A DNA stretch of 64,000 nucleotides from positions 11,857 through 75,856 of the forward strand of contig CACHSH010000001.1 in assembly GCA_902582475.1 (NCBI GenBank). Direction: 5' to 3'. The stretch's first letter is position 1. The number at the start of each line of letters is the position of its first letter. Below are positions 30,635-40,223 of the stretch, one piece after another. The notes under the pieces are model-generated. The model was given only the letters and a program-made list of their open reading frames with translations, was not told the DNA's origin and did no database searches. A program made the translations under genes and the position numbers. The DNA is from an uncultured Pelagibacteraceae bacterium (GTDB taxonomy: Bacteria; Pseudomonadota; Alphaproteobacteria; Pelagibacterales; Pelagibacteraceae).

Positions 30635-31567
30635 ATGAAAATTTTATCAGGAACAAGCAATCCCTCATTAAGTAAAAGTATCTCTAAATATCTCAAAACA
30701 AAACTTGTAAATACAAATATTAAAAAATTTGCTGATGGTGAGATATATGTTGAAATAAATGAAAATATAAGAGGTAATAGTGTTTTCGTAATACAATCTA
30801 GCGCAACACCTGCAAATGACAACCTCATGGAACTGCTATTGTGCATAGATGCTTTGAGAAGATCCTCAGCGAAAAATATAACTGCAGTAATTCCTTATTT
30901 TGGTTATGCAAGACAAGATAGAAAAGTTGTACCAAGAACATCTATCTCGGCAAAACTTGTTTCTAATTTGATAACTAATGCTGGAGCTCATAGAGTGGTA
31001 ACCGTTGACTTGCATGCGGGACAAATTCAGGGTTTTTTTGATATGCCAGTTGACAATTTATTTACTACTCCATTATTTGCAAGGTACATTAAAAAAAATA
31101 TAAGAAGTAAAAATCTTATATGCGTATCACCAGATGCAGGTGCGATTGAAAGAACTAGAGGTTTAGCGACAAAAATAAATGCAGACTTAGCTATAATTGA
31201 TAAAAGAAGGCCAGAGCCCGGAAAGTCAAAAGTTATGAATATTATTGGTGATGTAAAAGATAAAGACTGTATGATTATAGATGATATAATTGACAGCGGA
31301 GGAACAATTATAAATGCAGCGGATGCTTTAATAAAAAAAGGTGCAAGAAATGTACATGTTTTTATAACACATGCGGTTTTAAGTGGTGATGCAATAAATA
31401 AAATTCAAAGATCTAAAATTAAAAAATTAATAATTACAGATACAATCGATAATTCCAAAAAAATAAAGAAAGCAAGCAAAATAGAAGTTTTATCTATTGC
31501 TCAGCTTATGGCAGAAGCAATAAAAAGGATTTCAAATTCAACTTCAGTATCTAGTCTATTCAATTAG
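30635..31567 (+). CDS. prs: ribose-phosphate pyrophosphokinase
   Basis: MKI.SG.SNP.L...I...L......I..FADGEI.V.I.E..RG, YFGYARQDRK, DLHA.QIQGFF, PRPP loop IIDDIIDSGGT. Confidence 0.98.
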   Translation: MKILSGTSNPSLSKSISKYLKTKLVNTNIKKFADGEIYVEINENIRGNSVFVIQSSATPANDNLMELLLCIDALRRSSAKNITAVIPYFGYARQDRKVVPRTSISAKLVSNLITNAGAHRVVTVDLHAGQIQGFFDMPVDNLFTTPLFARYIKKNIRSKNLICVSPDAGAIERTRGLATKINADLAIIDKRRPEPGKSKVMNIIGDVKDKDCMIIDDIIDSGGTIINAADALIKKGARNVHVFITHAVLSGDAINKIQRSKIKKLIITDTIDNSKKIKKASKIEVLSIAQLMAEAIKRISNSTSVSSLFN

Positions 31568-31570
31568 CTC

Positions 31571-31598
31571 TTGTTTTATTTCAAAGTTGAGTTATAAA
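31571..31598 (+). promoter_or_regulatory. candidate promoter for rplY-pth-ychF
   Basis: TTGTTT (31571-31576), 16-nt spacer, TATAAA (31593-31598). Confidence 0.3.
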
Positions 31599-31610
31599 TT
31601 GCACTCTTAA

Positions 31611-32375
31611 ATGATAAATAATTTAAAAGCTACCAAGAGAGAAACAAAGACAGCTGGGGAGCTGAGTGCTTTAAGAACTAAAGGGCTTATACCTGCAATT
31701 TTATATGGGGGTAGCAATCCAAGCTTAAAATTAAGTATCGAAGAAAAACTTCTCAATAAAGTATTTAATTCAGAGTCTTTTCTTTCAACGATAATTGAAT
31801 TAAACATTGATGGAAAAACTGAAAAAGTTATTCCAAGAGATATTTCCTACCATGTGCTGTCTGATAAGCTAATCCATATTGATTTTATGAGAGTCGCTAA
31901 GGGTTCAAAAATTATTTTACAGATTCCAGTAACTTTTAAAAATAACAAAGATTGTCCGGGTTTAAAAAGTGGAGGAGTTTTAAATATAGTTCGAAGAAAA
32001 GTTGAACTAAGTTGTCCAGCAGAGAATATTCCTGAAAATATAGAGGTTGACTTAGCAAACCTTGAGATTGGAGCAAGTATAAAAATTTCATCTGTTAAAC
32101 TTCCAGAAAATGCAAATCCAACTATAACTGATAGAGATTTTGTTGTTGCAACTATTGCTGCTCCCACAATTGTTAAGGAACCTGAAAAACCTGCTGAAGA
32201 AACTCCTGCAGAAGGTGTTGAGGGAGAGGCTGCTCCAGCCACCGAAGGTGGTGATACGGCTGCTCAAGCTAAAGAAGGTGATGCCGCTAAAAAGGATGAA
32301 AAAGTTAAAGACGCAGCTACAGATAAAAAACCTGCTGGAAAACCTGCCGGGGAAAAAAAACAAGAAAAAAAATAA
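31611..32375 (+). CDS. rplY: 50S ribosomal protein L25/general stress protein Ctc, with low-complexity C-terminal tail
   Basis: L.A..R.......LR..G.IPAILYG N-terminal domain plus Ctc C-domain. The last ~65 aa are Ala/Pro/Glu/Lys-rich. Confidence 0.93.
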   Translation: MINNLKATKRETKTAGELSALRTKGLIPAILYGGSNPSLKLSIEEKLLNKVFNSESFLSTIIELNIDGKTEKVIPRDISYHVLSDKLIHIDFMRVAKGSKIILQIPVTFKNNKDCPGLKSGGVLNIVRRKVELSCPAENIPENIEVDLANLEIGASIKISSVKLPENANPTITDRDFVVATIAAPTIVKEPEKPAEETPAEGVEGEAAPATEGGDTAAQAKEGDAAKKDEKVKDAATDKKPAGKPAGEKKQEKK

Positions 32376-32381
32376 ATTTTT

Positions 32382-32954
32382 ATGCTTTTATTAGTAGGTT
32401 TAGGAAACCCTGGTCCAAATTATGACAACAACAGGCATAATATTGGTTTTAAAGTTATTGATGCAATAAACCAACAATTCAGCCTTTCAAAACAAAAACC
32501 AAAGTTTAAAGGTCTTTTAACTACTGGAAATATTGATAATAAAAAAGTTTATGCAATAAAACCTTTAACATTTATGAATAATTCAGGGACCTGTATCAAA
32601 GAGCTTATAGAGTATTTTAAAATAGATGCAAAAGATGTTTTCGTTTTCCACGATGATCTGGATATTGATCTAGGAAAAATTAAAGCTAAATTTGGAGGAA
32701 GTAGTGCAGGTCATCACGGAATAGACTCTATAGATAAATCAATTGGAAAAGATTACTCAAGAGTTAGAATAGGTATTGGGCACCCAAAAAACGGAAAAAA
32801 AGTTGATGATCATGTCTTAGAAGACTTTAGTGAGAATGAAGAAGAAAAAATTAAAGATATAACTGAAAATATAGTTAAACAAATTCCAACTCTTATTGAA
32901 AAAAAAATTGATACTTTCTCAAGCAAGGTTAATGAAAATTTGAATGGGATTTAA
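32382..32954 (+). CDS. pth: peptidyl-tRNA hydrolase
   Basis: LLVGLGNPG..Y...RHNIGF, MN.SG, FHDDLD...GK.K.K.GG..AGH.G. Confidence 0.97.
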   Translation: MLLLVGLGNPGPNYDNNRHNIGFKVIDAINQQFSLSKQKPKFKGLLTTGNIDNKKVYAIKPLTFMNNSGTCIKELIEYFKIDAKDVFVFHDDLDIDLGKIKAKFGGSSAGHHGIDSIDKSIGKDYSRVRIGIGHPKNGKKVDDHVLEDFSENEEEKIKDITENIVKQIPTLIEKKIDTFSSKVNENLNGI

Positions 32955-34017
32955 GTGTGGAATAGTTGGCTTACCTAACGTGGGTAAATCGACTTTATTT
33001 AATGCTTTAACATCATCTAAAAACGCTCAAGCAGCAAATTTTCCTTTTTGTACTATTGATCCAAACATTGGAATTGTTGATGTTCCAGATATTAGACTTG
33101 ATACTTTACACAAATTATCAAAATCAGAAAAAAAAATAAATACCAATATTACATTTGTTGATATAGCTGGATTAGTTAAAGGCGCTTCCAAAGGCGAAGG
33201 TTTAGGTAATAAATTCCTGGCGCACATAAGAGAGGTTGATGCAATAGTTCATCTCGTAAGATGTTTTGACTCTGCAAATATACAACACGTGAATAAAAAA
33301 ATTGATCCTATAAATGATTTGGAAACTATTAAAACTGAGATTTTATTATCAGATATAAGTATTTTGCAAAAAAAACTTGAAAAAAGCGCTAGAAAAAAAT
33401 TATTAGAAAAAGAGGTTTTTTTATTAGAAGAGGTACTAAAAAAATTGAATGATGGGATTAACATTAAAGATTATAATCAACCAGAAAGTTATAAGATTTT
33501 GAAAGAGGTTGGTTTAATATCTATAAAACCATACATCATTGTTTGTAATGTCGATGAAGCACATGTCAAAAGGGGTAATAATTACACAAAAATATTGAGA
33601 GATAAATATCCTGAGGAAAAATTCGTAGTAATTTGCGCTGATATTGAGGATCAAATTACAGAACTAAAACTAGAAGAAAAAGAAATATACATGAAAAATA
33701 TTGGTTTAGAAAAAACTGGATTAAATAAACTAATAAATACTGGATATGATTTATTGAATTTAAGTACTTTTTTTACATCTGGACCCAAGGAAACAAGGGC
33801 ATGGACAGTCAAAAAAGATACTCTGGCGCCTAGGGCTGCATCAGTAATACACACTGATTTTGAAAAAAAATTTATTAGGGTCGAAGCGGTTTCTTTTAAT
33901 GATTTTGAAAAATATGGAAGTTTTGAAAAAGCAAAAGAAAATGGAAAACTTAGATTAGAAGGTAAGGATTATCCAGTAAAAGATGGAGATGTATTATTTT
34001 TCAGAGTCAATCCTTGA
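32944..34017 (+). CDS. ychF: redox-regulated ATPase YchF
   Basis: GIVGLPNVGKSTLFNALT, FPFCTIDPN, DIAGLVKGAS.GEGLGN.FL..IR, C-terminal TGS/YchF domain (RAW....T.AP.AA..IHTDFE..FI). Confidence 0.97.
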   Translation: MGFKCGIVGLPNVGKSTLFNALTSSKNAQAANFPFCTIDPNIGIVDVPDIRLDTLHKLSKSEKKINTNITFVDIAGLVKGASKGEGLGNKFLAHIREVDAIVHLVRCFDSANIQHVNKKIDPINDLETIKTEILLSDISILQKKLEKSARKKLLEKEVFLLEEVLKKLNDGINIKDYNQPESYKILKEVGLISIKPYIIVCNVDEAHVKRGNNYTKILRDKYPEEKFVVICADIEDQITELKLEEKEIYMKNIGLEKTGLNKLINTGYDLLNLSTFFTSGPKETRAWTVKKDTLAPRAASVIHTDFEKKFIRVEAVSFNDFEKYGSFEKAKENGKLRLEGKDYPVKDGDVLFFRVNP

Positions 34018-34779
34018 CCAAATTCTTCTCATACTCAGATACACGAGCAGAGTAAATATAGTTAAGAAAATTATTACTTTCACTCCCATTTTATGTCTAG
34101 TTTCTAAATGTGGTTCGGCAGTCCAAGTTAGAAATGTTGTAACATCTTTTGCCATTTGCGCTTCTGTTGCTTTTGTTCCATCGGCATAAGTAACAATTCC
34201 ATCAGACAAAGGATTTGACATTTTAATTTTTTTTCCATCCATATATTTGTTGTAGTAAACACCATCTTCTAACTCAAAACCTGCTGGCGGATCTTCATAT
34301 CCCATTAAGACTGAATAAATATAGTCAGAACCACCTTTTCGAGCTTTAACTAAGACTGACATATCAGGCGGATAAGCACCTCCATTTGCAGCTGTTGCAG
34401 CTTGAACGTTGGGATAGGGAGATACAAATTTATCCGATGGTCTTCCTGGTCTTGTAAACATATCACCATCAGAATTTGGCCCATCCTCTACTTCAAAGTT
34501 TGCCGCAATTGCTTTGACTTGCTCCACGGAAAATTCTGGCCCTCCAGGTTCGCCCAAATTTCTATAACTTAAAAGATTCATTGAGTGACAAGATGCGCAA
34601 ACCTCTGTGTAAACTTGATACCCTCTTTGCAAAGAAGATCTGTCAAATTTGCCTGTGATACCCTTGAATGACCAATCAACTTCAAGAAGTTTTGTTTTTT
34701 CCTCAGAGTTAGCGTGATTAAATGTAATTGTAAAAAAAATAATTGATATGATTAGTAATCTTGCTTTTAAATTACACAT
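33994..34779 (-). CDS. petC: cytochrome c1 (bc1 complex)
   Basis: Signal peptide ([16 protein letters not shown]), heme site CASCHS, PPDMS, C-terminal TM anchor. The ATG at 34779 is preferred over the GTG at 34821. Confidence 0.93.
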   Translation of the reverse strand: MCNLKARLLIISIIFFTITFNHANSEEKTKLLEVDWSFKGITGKFDRSSLQRGYQVYTEVCASCHSMNLLSYRNLGEPGGPEFSVEQVKAIAANFEVEDGPNSDGDMFTRPGRPSDKFVSPYPNVQAATAANGGAYPPDMSVLVKARKGGSDYIYSVLMGYEDPPAGFELEDGVYYNKYMDGKKIKMSNPLSDGIVTYADGTKATEAQMAKDVTTFLTWTAEPHLETRHKMGVKVIIFLTIFTLLVYLSMRRIWSRIDSEK

Positions 34780-36028
34780 CTTTTCTATCACTTTTTGCCA
34801 TCTCAAATTTAGGCATACCACCTAAGACAGGTTCAGAAATACTCAGTGGCACTGGTTCTGTTTTCTCGATTCTGCTCAGAACTGGTAGAACAACTAGAAA
34901 ATGAGCAAAGTAGTAAATGGTTCCTACCCTTGCAATTAATAGGTATAAACCTTCGGCTGGCATCGCGCCAACATATCCTAAAGCTAATACATCAATAACG
35001 AGTAACCAAAAAAACTTTTTGTAAAGCGGTCTGAATACTGTTGATCTTACCTTGCTACTATCTAACCAAGGAAGAGCCATCAAAATAAAAATAGAACCTA
35101 GCATTAAGACTACTCCACCAAGTTTATCTGGAACAGCTCTTAAAATGGCATAAAAAGGTAGTAAGTACCACTCCGGGACAATATGTTTGGGCGTCACCAA
35201 GGGATTTGCCTCTATATAATTATCACTATGGCCTAGAATATTTGGTGCAAAAAATATAAAGCCAGAAAAGACAATCATAAAAATAAGAAGTGCAAATAGA
35301 TCTTTAATAGTAATGTATGGGTGAAATGGAACGGTATCCTTTGATGGCTTTTTAATATCTATGCCAATTGGATTATTATTCCCCGGTACGTGTAAAGCCC
35401 AGATATGTAATACTACTAATCCTAATATTAAAAATGGAAAAAGATAATGGAGGCTAAAAAATCTTGTTAATGTAGGATTGTCCACTGAGTAACCACCCCA
35501 TAACCATGTTACAATACTTTCTCCTACTAATGGAATTGCGCTGAATAAATTTGTAATTACTGTTGCGCCCCAAAAACTCATTTGACCCCAAGGTAAAACA
35601 TATCCCATAAATGCAGTTGCCATCATCAATAGATAAATTAACATTCCAAGTATCCAAATTATTTCCCTTGGCGATCTGTAGGATCCATAAAAAAGAGATC
35701 TAAATATATGTATGTACACTGCTAAAAAAAACATAGAAGCACCATTGCTGTGAATATAACGAATTAACCACCCGTAATTTACATCTCTCATAATATGTTC
35801 AATACTACTAAATGCCATATCTGCATGAGCAACATAGTGCATGCCTAGAACAATCCCTGTAATGATTTGAGAGATTAAACAAAAAGTTAAAATCCCACCA
35901 AAAGTCCACCAGTAATTTAAATTTTTTGGTGTTGGATAATCGGTTAAATGTTTACTCAAAGTTAACAACGGAAGTCTGTCATTAAACCATTTGCCGAATT
36001 TTGAATTTGGTACGTAATTTTCACTCAT
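34772..36028 (-). CDS. petB: cytochrome b (bc1 complex)
   Basis: NLNYWW.FG, heme-ligand His pairs, PEWY motif ([15 protein letters not shown]). The ATG at 36028 is preferred over the TTG at 36040. Confidence 0.97.
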   Translation of the reverse strand: MSENYVPNSKFGKWFNDRLPLLTLSKHLTDYPTPKNLNYWWTFGGILTFCLISQIITGIVLGMHYVAHADMAFSSIEHIMRDVNYGWLIRYIHSNGASMFFLAVYIHIFRSLFYGSYRSPREIIWILGMLIYLLMMATAFMGYVLPWGQMSFWGATVITNLFSAIPLVGESIVTWLWGGYSVDNPTLTRFFSLHYLFPFLILGLVVLHIWALHVPGNNNPIGIDIKKPSKDTVPFHPYITIKDLFALLIFMIVFSGFIFFAPNILGHSDNYIEANPLVTPKHIVPEWYLLPFYAILRAVPDKLGGVVLMLGSIFILMALPWLDSSKVRSTVFRPLYKKFFWLLVIDVLALGYVGAMPAEGLYLLIARVGTIYYFAHFLVVLPVLSRIEKTEPVPLSISEPVLGGMPKFEMAKSDRKDV

Positions 36029-36032
36029 GTAT

Positions 36033-36548
36033 TTATCCAATCTTAATTGTGTTATCGTCTACAAAACTATACTTGGGAATCTCCATATTGGTAGGAGCAG
36101 GTCCTTTTCTAATTCTTCCAGATGTATCATAGTGCGATCCGTGGCACGGACAAAACCAACCGTTATATTCACCTTTGTCAGATAAAGGTACACATCCAAG
36201 GTGTGTGCAAATTCCAAGCATAACAAGCCATTCGGGGTTTTTTGCTCTATCCTGATCTTTTTCAGGATGAGGAAGTACATCCAAACTTACTGCTTGTGCT
36301 TCGTCTATTTCATTTTGAGTTCTCCTTTTAATAAAAACTGGTTTACCTCTCCATAAAACTGTAACAGATTTTCCTGGCTGAATTTGACTTATATCAACCT
36401 CAGTTGATGCCAAAGCTTTAACAGAACTGTCGGGGTTCATTTGGTCTATTAGAGGCCAAATAGTTGCACCTACACCAATTGCACCCACTGTATAACTAGC
36501 TGTAAAAATAAAATCTCTTCTATTGCTTTTTTTTTCTGGTTTATCCAT
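36033..36548 (-). CDS. petA: ubiquinol-cytochrome c reductase Rieske iron-sulfur subunit
   Basis: TAT-like N-terminus (NRRDFI), Rieske boxes CTHLGC and CPCHGS. Confidence 0.97.
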   Translation of the reverse strand: MDKPEKKSNRRDFIFTASYTVGAIGVGATIWPLIDQMNPDSSVKALASTEVDISQIQPGKSVTVLWRGKPVFIKRRTQNEIDEAQAVSLDVLPHPEKDQDRAKNPEWLVMLGICTHLGCVPLSDKGEYNGWFCPCHGSHYDTSGRIRKGPAPTNMEIPKYSFVDDNTIKIG

Positions 36549-36674
36549 AAAATTATAATATCATTTAATACTATTAAATATGACTTATTTAAAGATCTTG
36601 CCAGGGTCATAATGACACAAAAAAATACGTTAAAATGTAAGTTTTTGTGATTATAAACAAGAAAATTATTATTT

Positions 36675-37517
36675 ATGGAACTAAGTTTAGAAATTCGAAA
36701 AAACCTATCATCTGAGTGGTTTTTAAATCTTCAGTCAGCAATATGCAAAGAATTTGAGGGTTATGAGATAGAATTCTCAAAAAGAAAAAAAACTCTACCC
36801 AAGAGATTTAAAAAAAAAATATGGAGTAAAAAAAATTCTGATGAGGGTGGTGGCCAATATTTTATTTTAAAAAATGGATATGTATTTGACCAGGTAGGTG
36901 TAAATTTTTCAAAGGTACAAGGTGAATTTCCGAAAAATTTTATATCTAGAATTCCAGGTGCAATGAATGATCCATATTACTGGGCATCTGGAATATCAGT
37001 GGTGGCACATATGAGGAACCCTAAAATACCTGCTATTCATTTTAATACTAGATTTATAATTACCTCTAAAAGTTGGTTTGGAGGCGGAATGGATGTAACG
37101 CCTAGTTACAAAGATAATAAAGAGAAATTTTTAGTTCATAAAAATTTAAAAGAAATTTGTAAAAAAAATAACGAAAGTTACAGGAATTATAAAAAATGGT
37201 GTGATAAATATTTTTACATAAAACATAGAAATGAACCTCGTGGTATTGGTGGAATTTTCTTCGATTATTTAAATAGCAATTGGAGCAAAAATTTTAAATT
37301 TGTAAGAGAACTTGGTATATGTTTTCTTTCAACTTCAAGAGAAATTATTTATAATAAAATATCTACTAACTGGAATAAAAATCAAAAAAATAGACAATAT
37401 GAAAAAAGAAAAAGATATGTGGAATTTAATTTGTTATATGATAGAGGTACAAAATTCGGATTAAATACTGGAGGAAATGCTGATGCAATTTTTATGTCTC
37501 TTCCTCCATTAAAGTAA
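36675..37517 (+). CDS. hemF: oxygen-dependent coproporphyrinogen III oxidase
   Basis: FGGGMDVTP, RNEPRGIGGIFFDY, YVEFNLLYDRGT.FGL. Confidence 0.92.
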   Translation: MELSLEIRKNLSSEWFLNLQSAICKEFEGYEIEFSKRKKTLPKRFKKKIWSKKNSDEGGGQYFILKNGYVFDQVGVNFSKVQGEFPKNFISRIPGAMNDPYYWASGISVVAHMRNPKIPAIHFNTRFIITSKSWFGGGMDVTPSYKDNKEKFLVHKNLKEICKKNNESYRNYKKWCDKYFYIKHRNEPRGIGGIFFDYLNSNWSKNFKFVRELGICFLSTSREIIYNKISTNWNKNQKNRQYEKRKRYVEFNLLYDRGTKFGLNTGGNADAIFMSLPPLK

Positions 37518-37519
37518 AA

Positions 37520-37996
37520 ATGGAAAAAGAACCAATAACAGTCCAAGGTTTAAAAAAACTTAAAGACGAACTAGAAGATTTAAAAAAAAATAAAAGACCA
37601 AAAGTAGTTGCTGCTATTGCTGAAGCTAGAGCGCATGGTGATCTGAAAGAAAATGCGGAATATCATGCAGCAAAAGATCAACAGGGTCATATCGAAGGAA
37701 GAGTATTACAAATTAATAATTTAATTGCATCAGCAAATGTGATTGATGTAACGAAAATAGAAAATAAGGGTAAGATAATTTTTGGATCGACAGTGACTGT
37801 TAAAGATTTAGAAAAGGGTGATAGAAAATCATTTAAAATTGTGGGTAAAGATGAGGCTGATATAAACAAAAATTTAATTTATTTTAGGTCACCAATTGGA
37901 AAATCGCTAATAGGAAAAACTGCGAAAGATCTTGTGGTTGTTAATACGCCTTCGGGGGAAAAAAATTTTGAGATTTTAGATATAAAATATATTTAG
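37520..37996 (+). CDS. greA: transcription elongation factor GreA
   Basis: T..G...L..EL..L....RP.V...I.EAR.HGDL.ENAEYHAAK..Q, C-terminal FKBP-like domain. Confidence 0.97.
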   Translation: MEKEPITVQGLKKLKDELEDLKKNKRPKVVAAIAEARAHGDLKENAEYHAAKDQQGHIEGRVLQINNLIASANVIDVTKIENKGKIIFGSTVTVKDLEKGDRKSFKIVGKDEADINKNLIYFRSPIGKSLIGKTAKDLVVVNTPSGEKNFEILDIKYI

Positions 37997-37997
37997 A

Positions 37998-39245
37998 TTA
38001 TTTAAATTTTTTAATTATTTTAGTTAGATCATAATCGTTTAGATTAAAATCATTTTCAGCCCATTTTTTTTGAATTTCCTTAATAGCCTGCCCTATTCTT
38101 TTTCCATTTTTTATACCATTATCTATCAAATAATTTCCAGTAATGGGAAATTTAGGAATAGATATTTTATCAATTTCAGAAAGTGTTGAGATTAACTCAT
38201 TTATCTTAAAATTTTTTTTTGACATATTATAAATAAAAAATAAAGACTTAATTTTGTTTTTAGAATGGTAAAAAACATTTTTCTTAAGATTTTTTTTAAA
38301 ATAATTATTATCTTTTTGTACTTCTTTAAAATTACTTCCACAAAAATTAAGGTGATCTTTAATTTCATTAGAAATATTATATTTGTGTGAAAAATAATCA
38401 TGATTATTTGAACCATCTACTAAAAGTAAGGCTAAAATATTTTCTATTTTTAAGATTTGCACCTTAAAATTTCTAATGATAGAAAAATTTTTTGTTCTAT
38501 CTAAGTATTTTAATTCTGGAAAAACTAATTTAAAAATATGAAGAAAATCTTTGTTTTTATGAATTTCTTCAAAGTTTTTTAATATTAATATTTTATTTAA
38601 TTCGTTATAAATTCTTTCTTTTGAAAGTTTTGTTATACCATTTAGGTTTACTTTAATGGCTGTTAAAGTATCTTTGTCAAAATTAAAATTTGAATACTCT
38701 ATGGAGAATCTTATAAATCTTAAAATTCTTAAGTAATCTTCTTTTATCCTTTTGTCAGGATCTCCAATAAATCTTATTTTTTTTTCTTTAAGATCAGAAA
38801 CTCCAGACTGGGGGTCAAATAATTTACCGCTATGACTAAGATATATGGCATTGATTGAAAAATCCCGTCTACTTGAATCTTCATCCCAATTATCGGTAAA
38901 AGAAACTTTTGCATGTCTTCCGTCAGTAGAAATATCTTTTCTTAATGTGGTAATTTCAAAATTTTGATTTTCTAAAATAAGTGTTAATGTTCCATGTTCA
39001 ATTCCAGTTTTTTTGACAATTACATTTGAATTTTTAAATTTTTTTATAACCTCTTCTGGGGTTAGTGTTGTGGCTATATCAATGTCGCCAATTTTCTCAT
39101 TAAGTAAGAATTTTCTAACACATCCACCTACAAACATTGCGGTTGGTTTATCCTCTTCTGAATTTAACATTGTAAAAATTTGTTTTATGTTTTTAGACCT
39201 ATAAAATGGGAAAAATAATTTTTTAACAGCTAAAAAAATGTTCAT
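37998..39245 (-). CDS. cca: CCA tRNA nucleotidyltransferase / poly(A) polymerase family protein
   Basis: GGCVRKFLL......DIDIAT, RRDFSINAIY. The start is set at the ATG at 39245 because the longer track ORF runs into the tRNA-Gln gene. Confidence 0.85.
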   Translation of the reverse strand: MNIFLAVKKLFFPFYRSKNIKQIFTMLNSEEDKPTAMFVGGCVRKFLLNEKIGDIDIATTLTPEEVIKKFKNSNVIVKKTGIEHGTLTLILENQNFEITTLRKDISTDGRHAKVSFTDNWDEDSSRRDFSINAIYLSHSGKLFDPQSGVSDLKEKKIRFIGDPDKRIKEDYLRILRFIRFSIEYSNFNFDKDTLTAIKVNLNGITKLSKERIYNELNKILILKNFEEIHKNKDFLHIFKLVFPELKYLDRTKNFSIIRNFKVQILKIENILALLLVDGSNNHDYFSHKYNISNEIKDHLNFCGSNFKEVQKDNNYFKKNLKKNVFYHSKNKIKSLFFIYNMSKKNFKINELISTLSEIDKISIPKFPITGNYLIDNGIKNGKRIGQAIKEIQKKWAENDFNLNDYDLTKIIKKFK

Positions 39246-39250
39246 AATTT

Positions 39251-39324
39251 TGGCTGGGGCGCTAGGATTCGAACCTAGGATGGTGGTACCAAAAACCACT
39301 GCCTTACCGCTTGGCTACGCCCCA
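39251..39324 (-). tRNA. tRNA-Gln (anticodon TTG)
   Basis: Minus strand TGGGGCGTAGCCAAGCGGTAAGGCAGTGGTTTTTGGTACCACCATCCTAGGTTCGAATCCTAGCGCCCCAGCCA. Anticodon loop TT-TTG-GT. Closely resembles E. coli tRNA-Gln (UGGGG...GCCAAGCGGUAAGGC...CCCCAGCCA). Confidence 0.95.
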
Positions 39325-39357
39325 ATTTAATTTTTGATATATCATAAAAAAACAAAT

Positions 39358-40215
39358 TTAAATAGTTTTACCAACAACACACCAAAATTTAGGAAATTTT
39401 TTTTTAATTTTTTTTAATCCTAAAACAGCACTCTTTTTTGTTAAAAATACACCAAAACATGCTGAACCCGAACCTGTTAATCTAGAAAATTCACAGTTTT
39501 TAGTAATCATCAGTTCAAATAAAATCTTTTGTATTATAGGAAATCTTGAGATTACTATTTTTTCTAAAGAATTTTCTTGGTGCTTCAAATATTCTATAAT
39601 TCTAAAATTTGAACTTTTATCATAAAAATTATAATTATCTAATTTTTTGTATTCAGTGACTTTTGAATATACTTCTTTAGTAGATGATTTAAGAAATGGA
39701 TAAACAAGAATAAAATAAAATTTAATTTTCTTTTTTAAATTAAAAATCTGGCTCAGGTTTTTTTGAAATACCTGTTTAGAGTCAAAAAATAATCTCAGAT
39801 CTGATCCTATTTTTTGAGAAAAAAAAATCTTTTCTTTCTTAGTTAGTTTCCTTTTAACAAAATATTTTACTATAGTCGCTGCATTACTTGAGCCGCCACC
39901 TAACCCTGAAAAGACAGGAATATTCTTCTTTATAGAAATATTATAATTATAATTTTTTTTTATTACTTTTTTTTTTCTCAATAATGAAAGGCATGAACTT
40001 ACTGTGTTATAATTTCGATCGATGTACGAACAAAATTTACCATTAAATTTTACCTTGTCTTTCTTCGCATTAATTCTTTTTATTGCTATTTCATCAAATA
40101 AATTCATTAAACAAACTAATGACTGTACATTGTGAAGCTTGTTTTTTTTATTTTTTTTTCCGATGTTTAAAAATAGATTTAGTTTACCATAGGATTTAAT
40201 AATTGTTTTACTCAT
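39358..40215 (-). CDS. ispE: 4-diphosphocytidyl-2-C-methyl-D-erythritol kinase
   Basis: GHMP kinase: KLNLFLNI, motif II IPVFSGLGGGSSNAA, C-terminal LTGSGSACFG. Confidence 0.88.
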   Translation of the reverse strand: MSKTIIKSYGKLNLFLNIGKKNKKNKLHNVQSLVCLMNLFDEIAIKRINAKKDKVKFNGKFCSYIDRNYNTVSSCLSLLRKKKVIKKNYNYNISIKKNIPVFSGLGGGSSNAATIVKYFVKRKLTKKEKIFFSQKIGSDLRLFFDSKQVFQKNLSQIFNLKKKIKFYFILVYPFLKSSTKEVYSKVTEYKKLDNYNFYDKSSNFRIIEYLKHQENSLEKIVISRFPIIQKILFELMITKNCEFSRLTGSGSACFGVFLTKKSAVLGLKKIKKKFPKFWCVVGKTI

Positions 40216-40223
40216 AAATATTT

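Noticed and set aside
31847-32394. Three ORFs (31847-32242 minus, 32088-32363 minus, 32140-32394 plus) overlapping the 3' end of rplY
   Set aside because: They are artefacts of the locally GC-rich, stop-poor low-complexity tail of L25, where all frames stay open. Their translations are repetitive (S/F/L/K-rich).
36606-36616. 11-bp palindrome GTCATAATGAC in the petA/hemF divergent region; possible operator
   Set aside because: Too short to be distinguishable from chance in AT-rich DNA. It matches no motif I recognise (not FNR TTGAT-N4-ATCAA, not a Fur box).
39246-39299. N-terminal 18-codon extension of the cca ORF in the ORF track
   Set aside because: It overlaps the tRNA-Gln gene on the same strand. 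The ATG at 39245 gives a sensible N-terminus.
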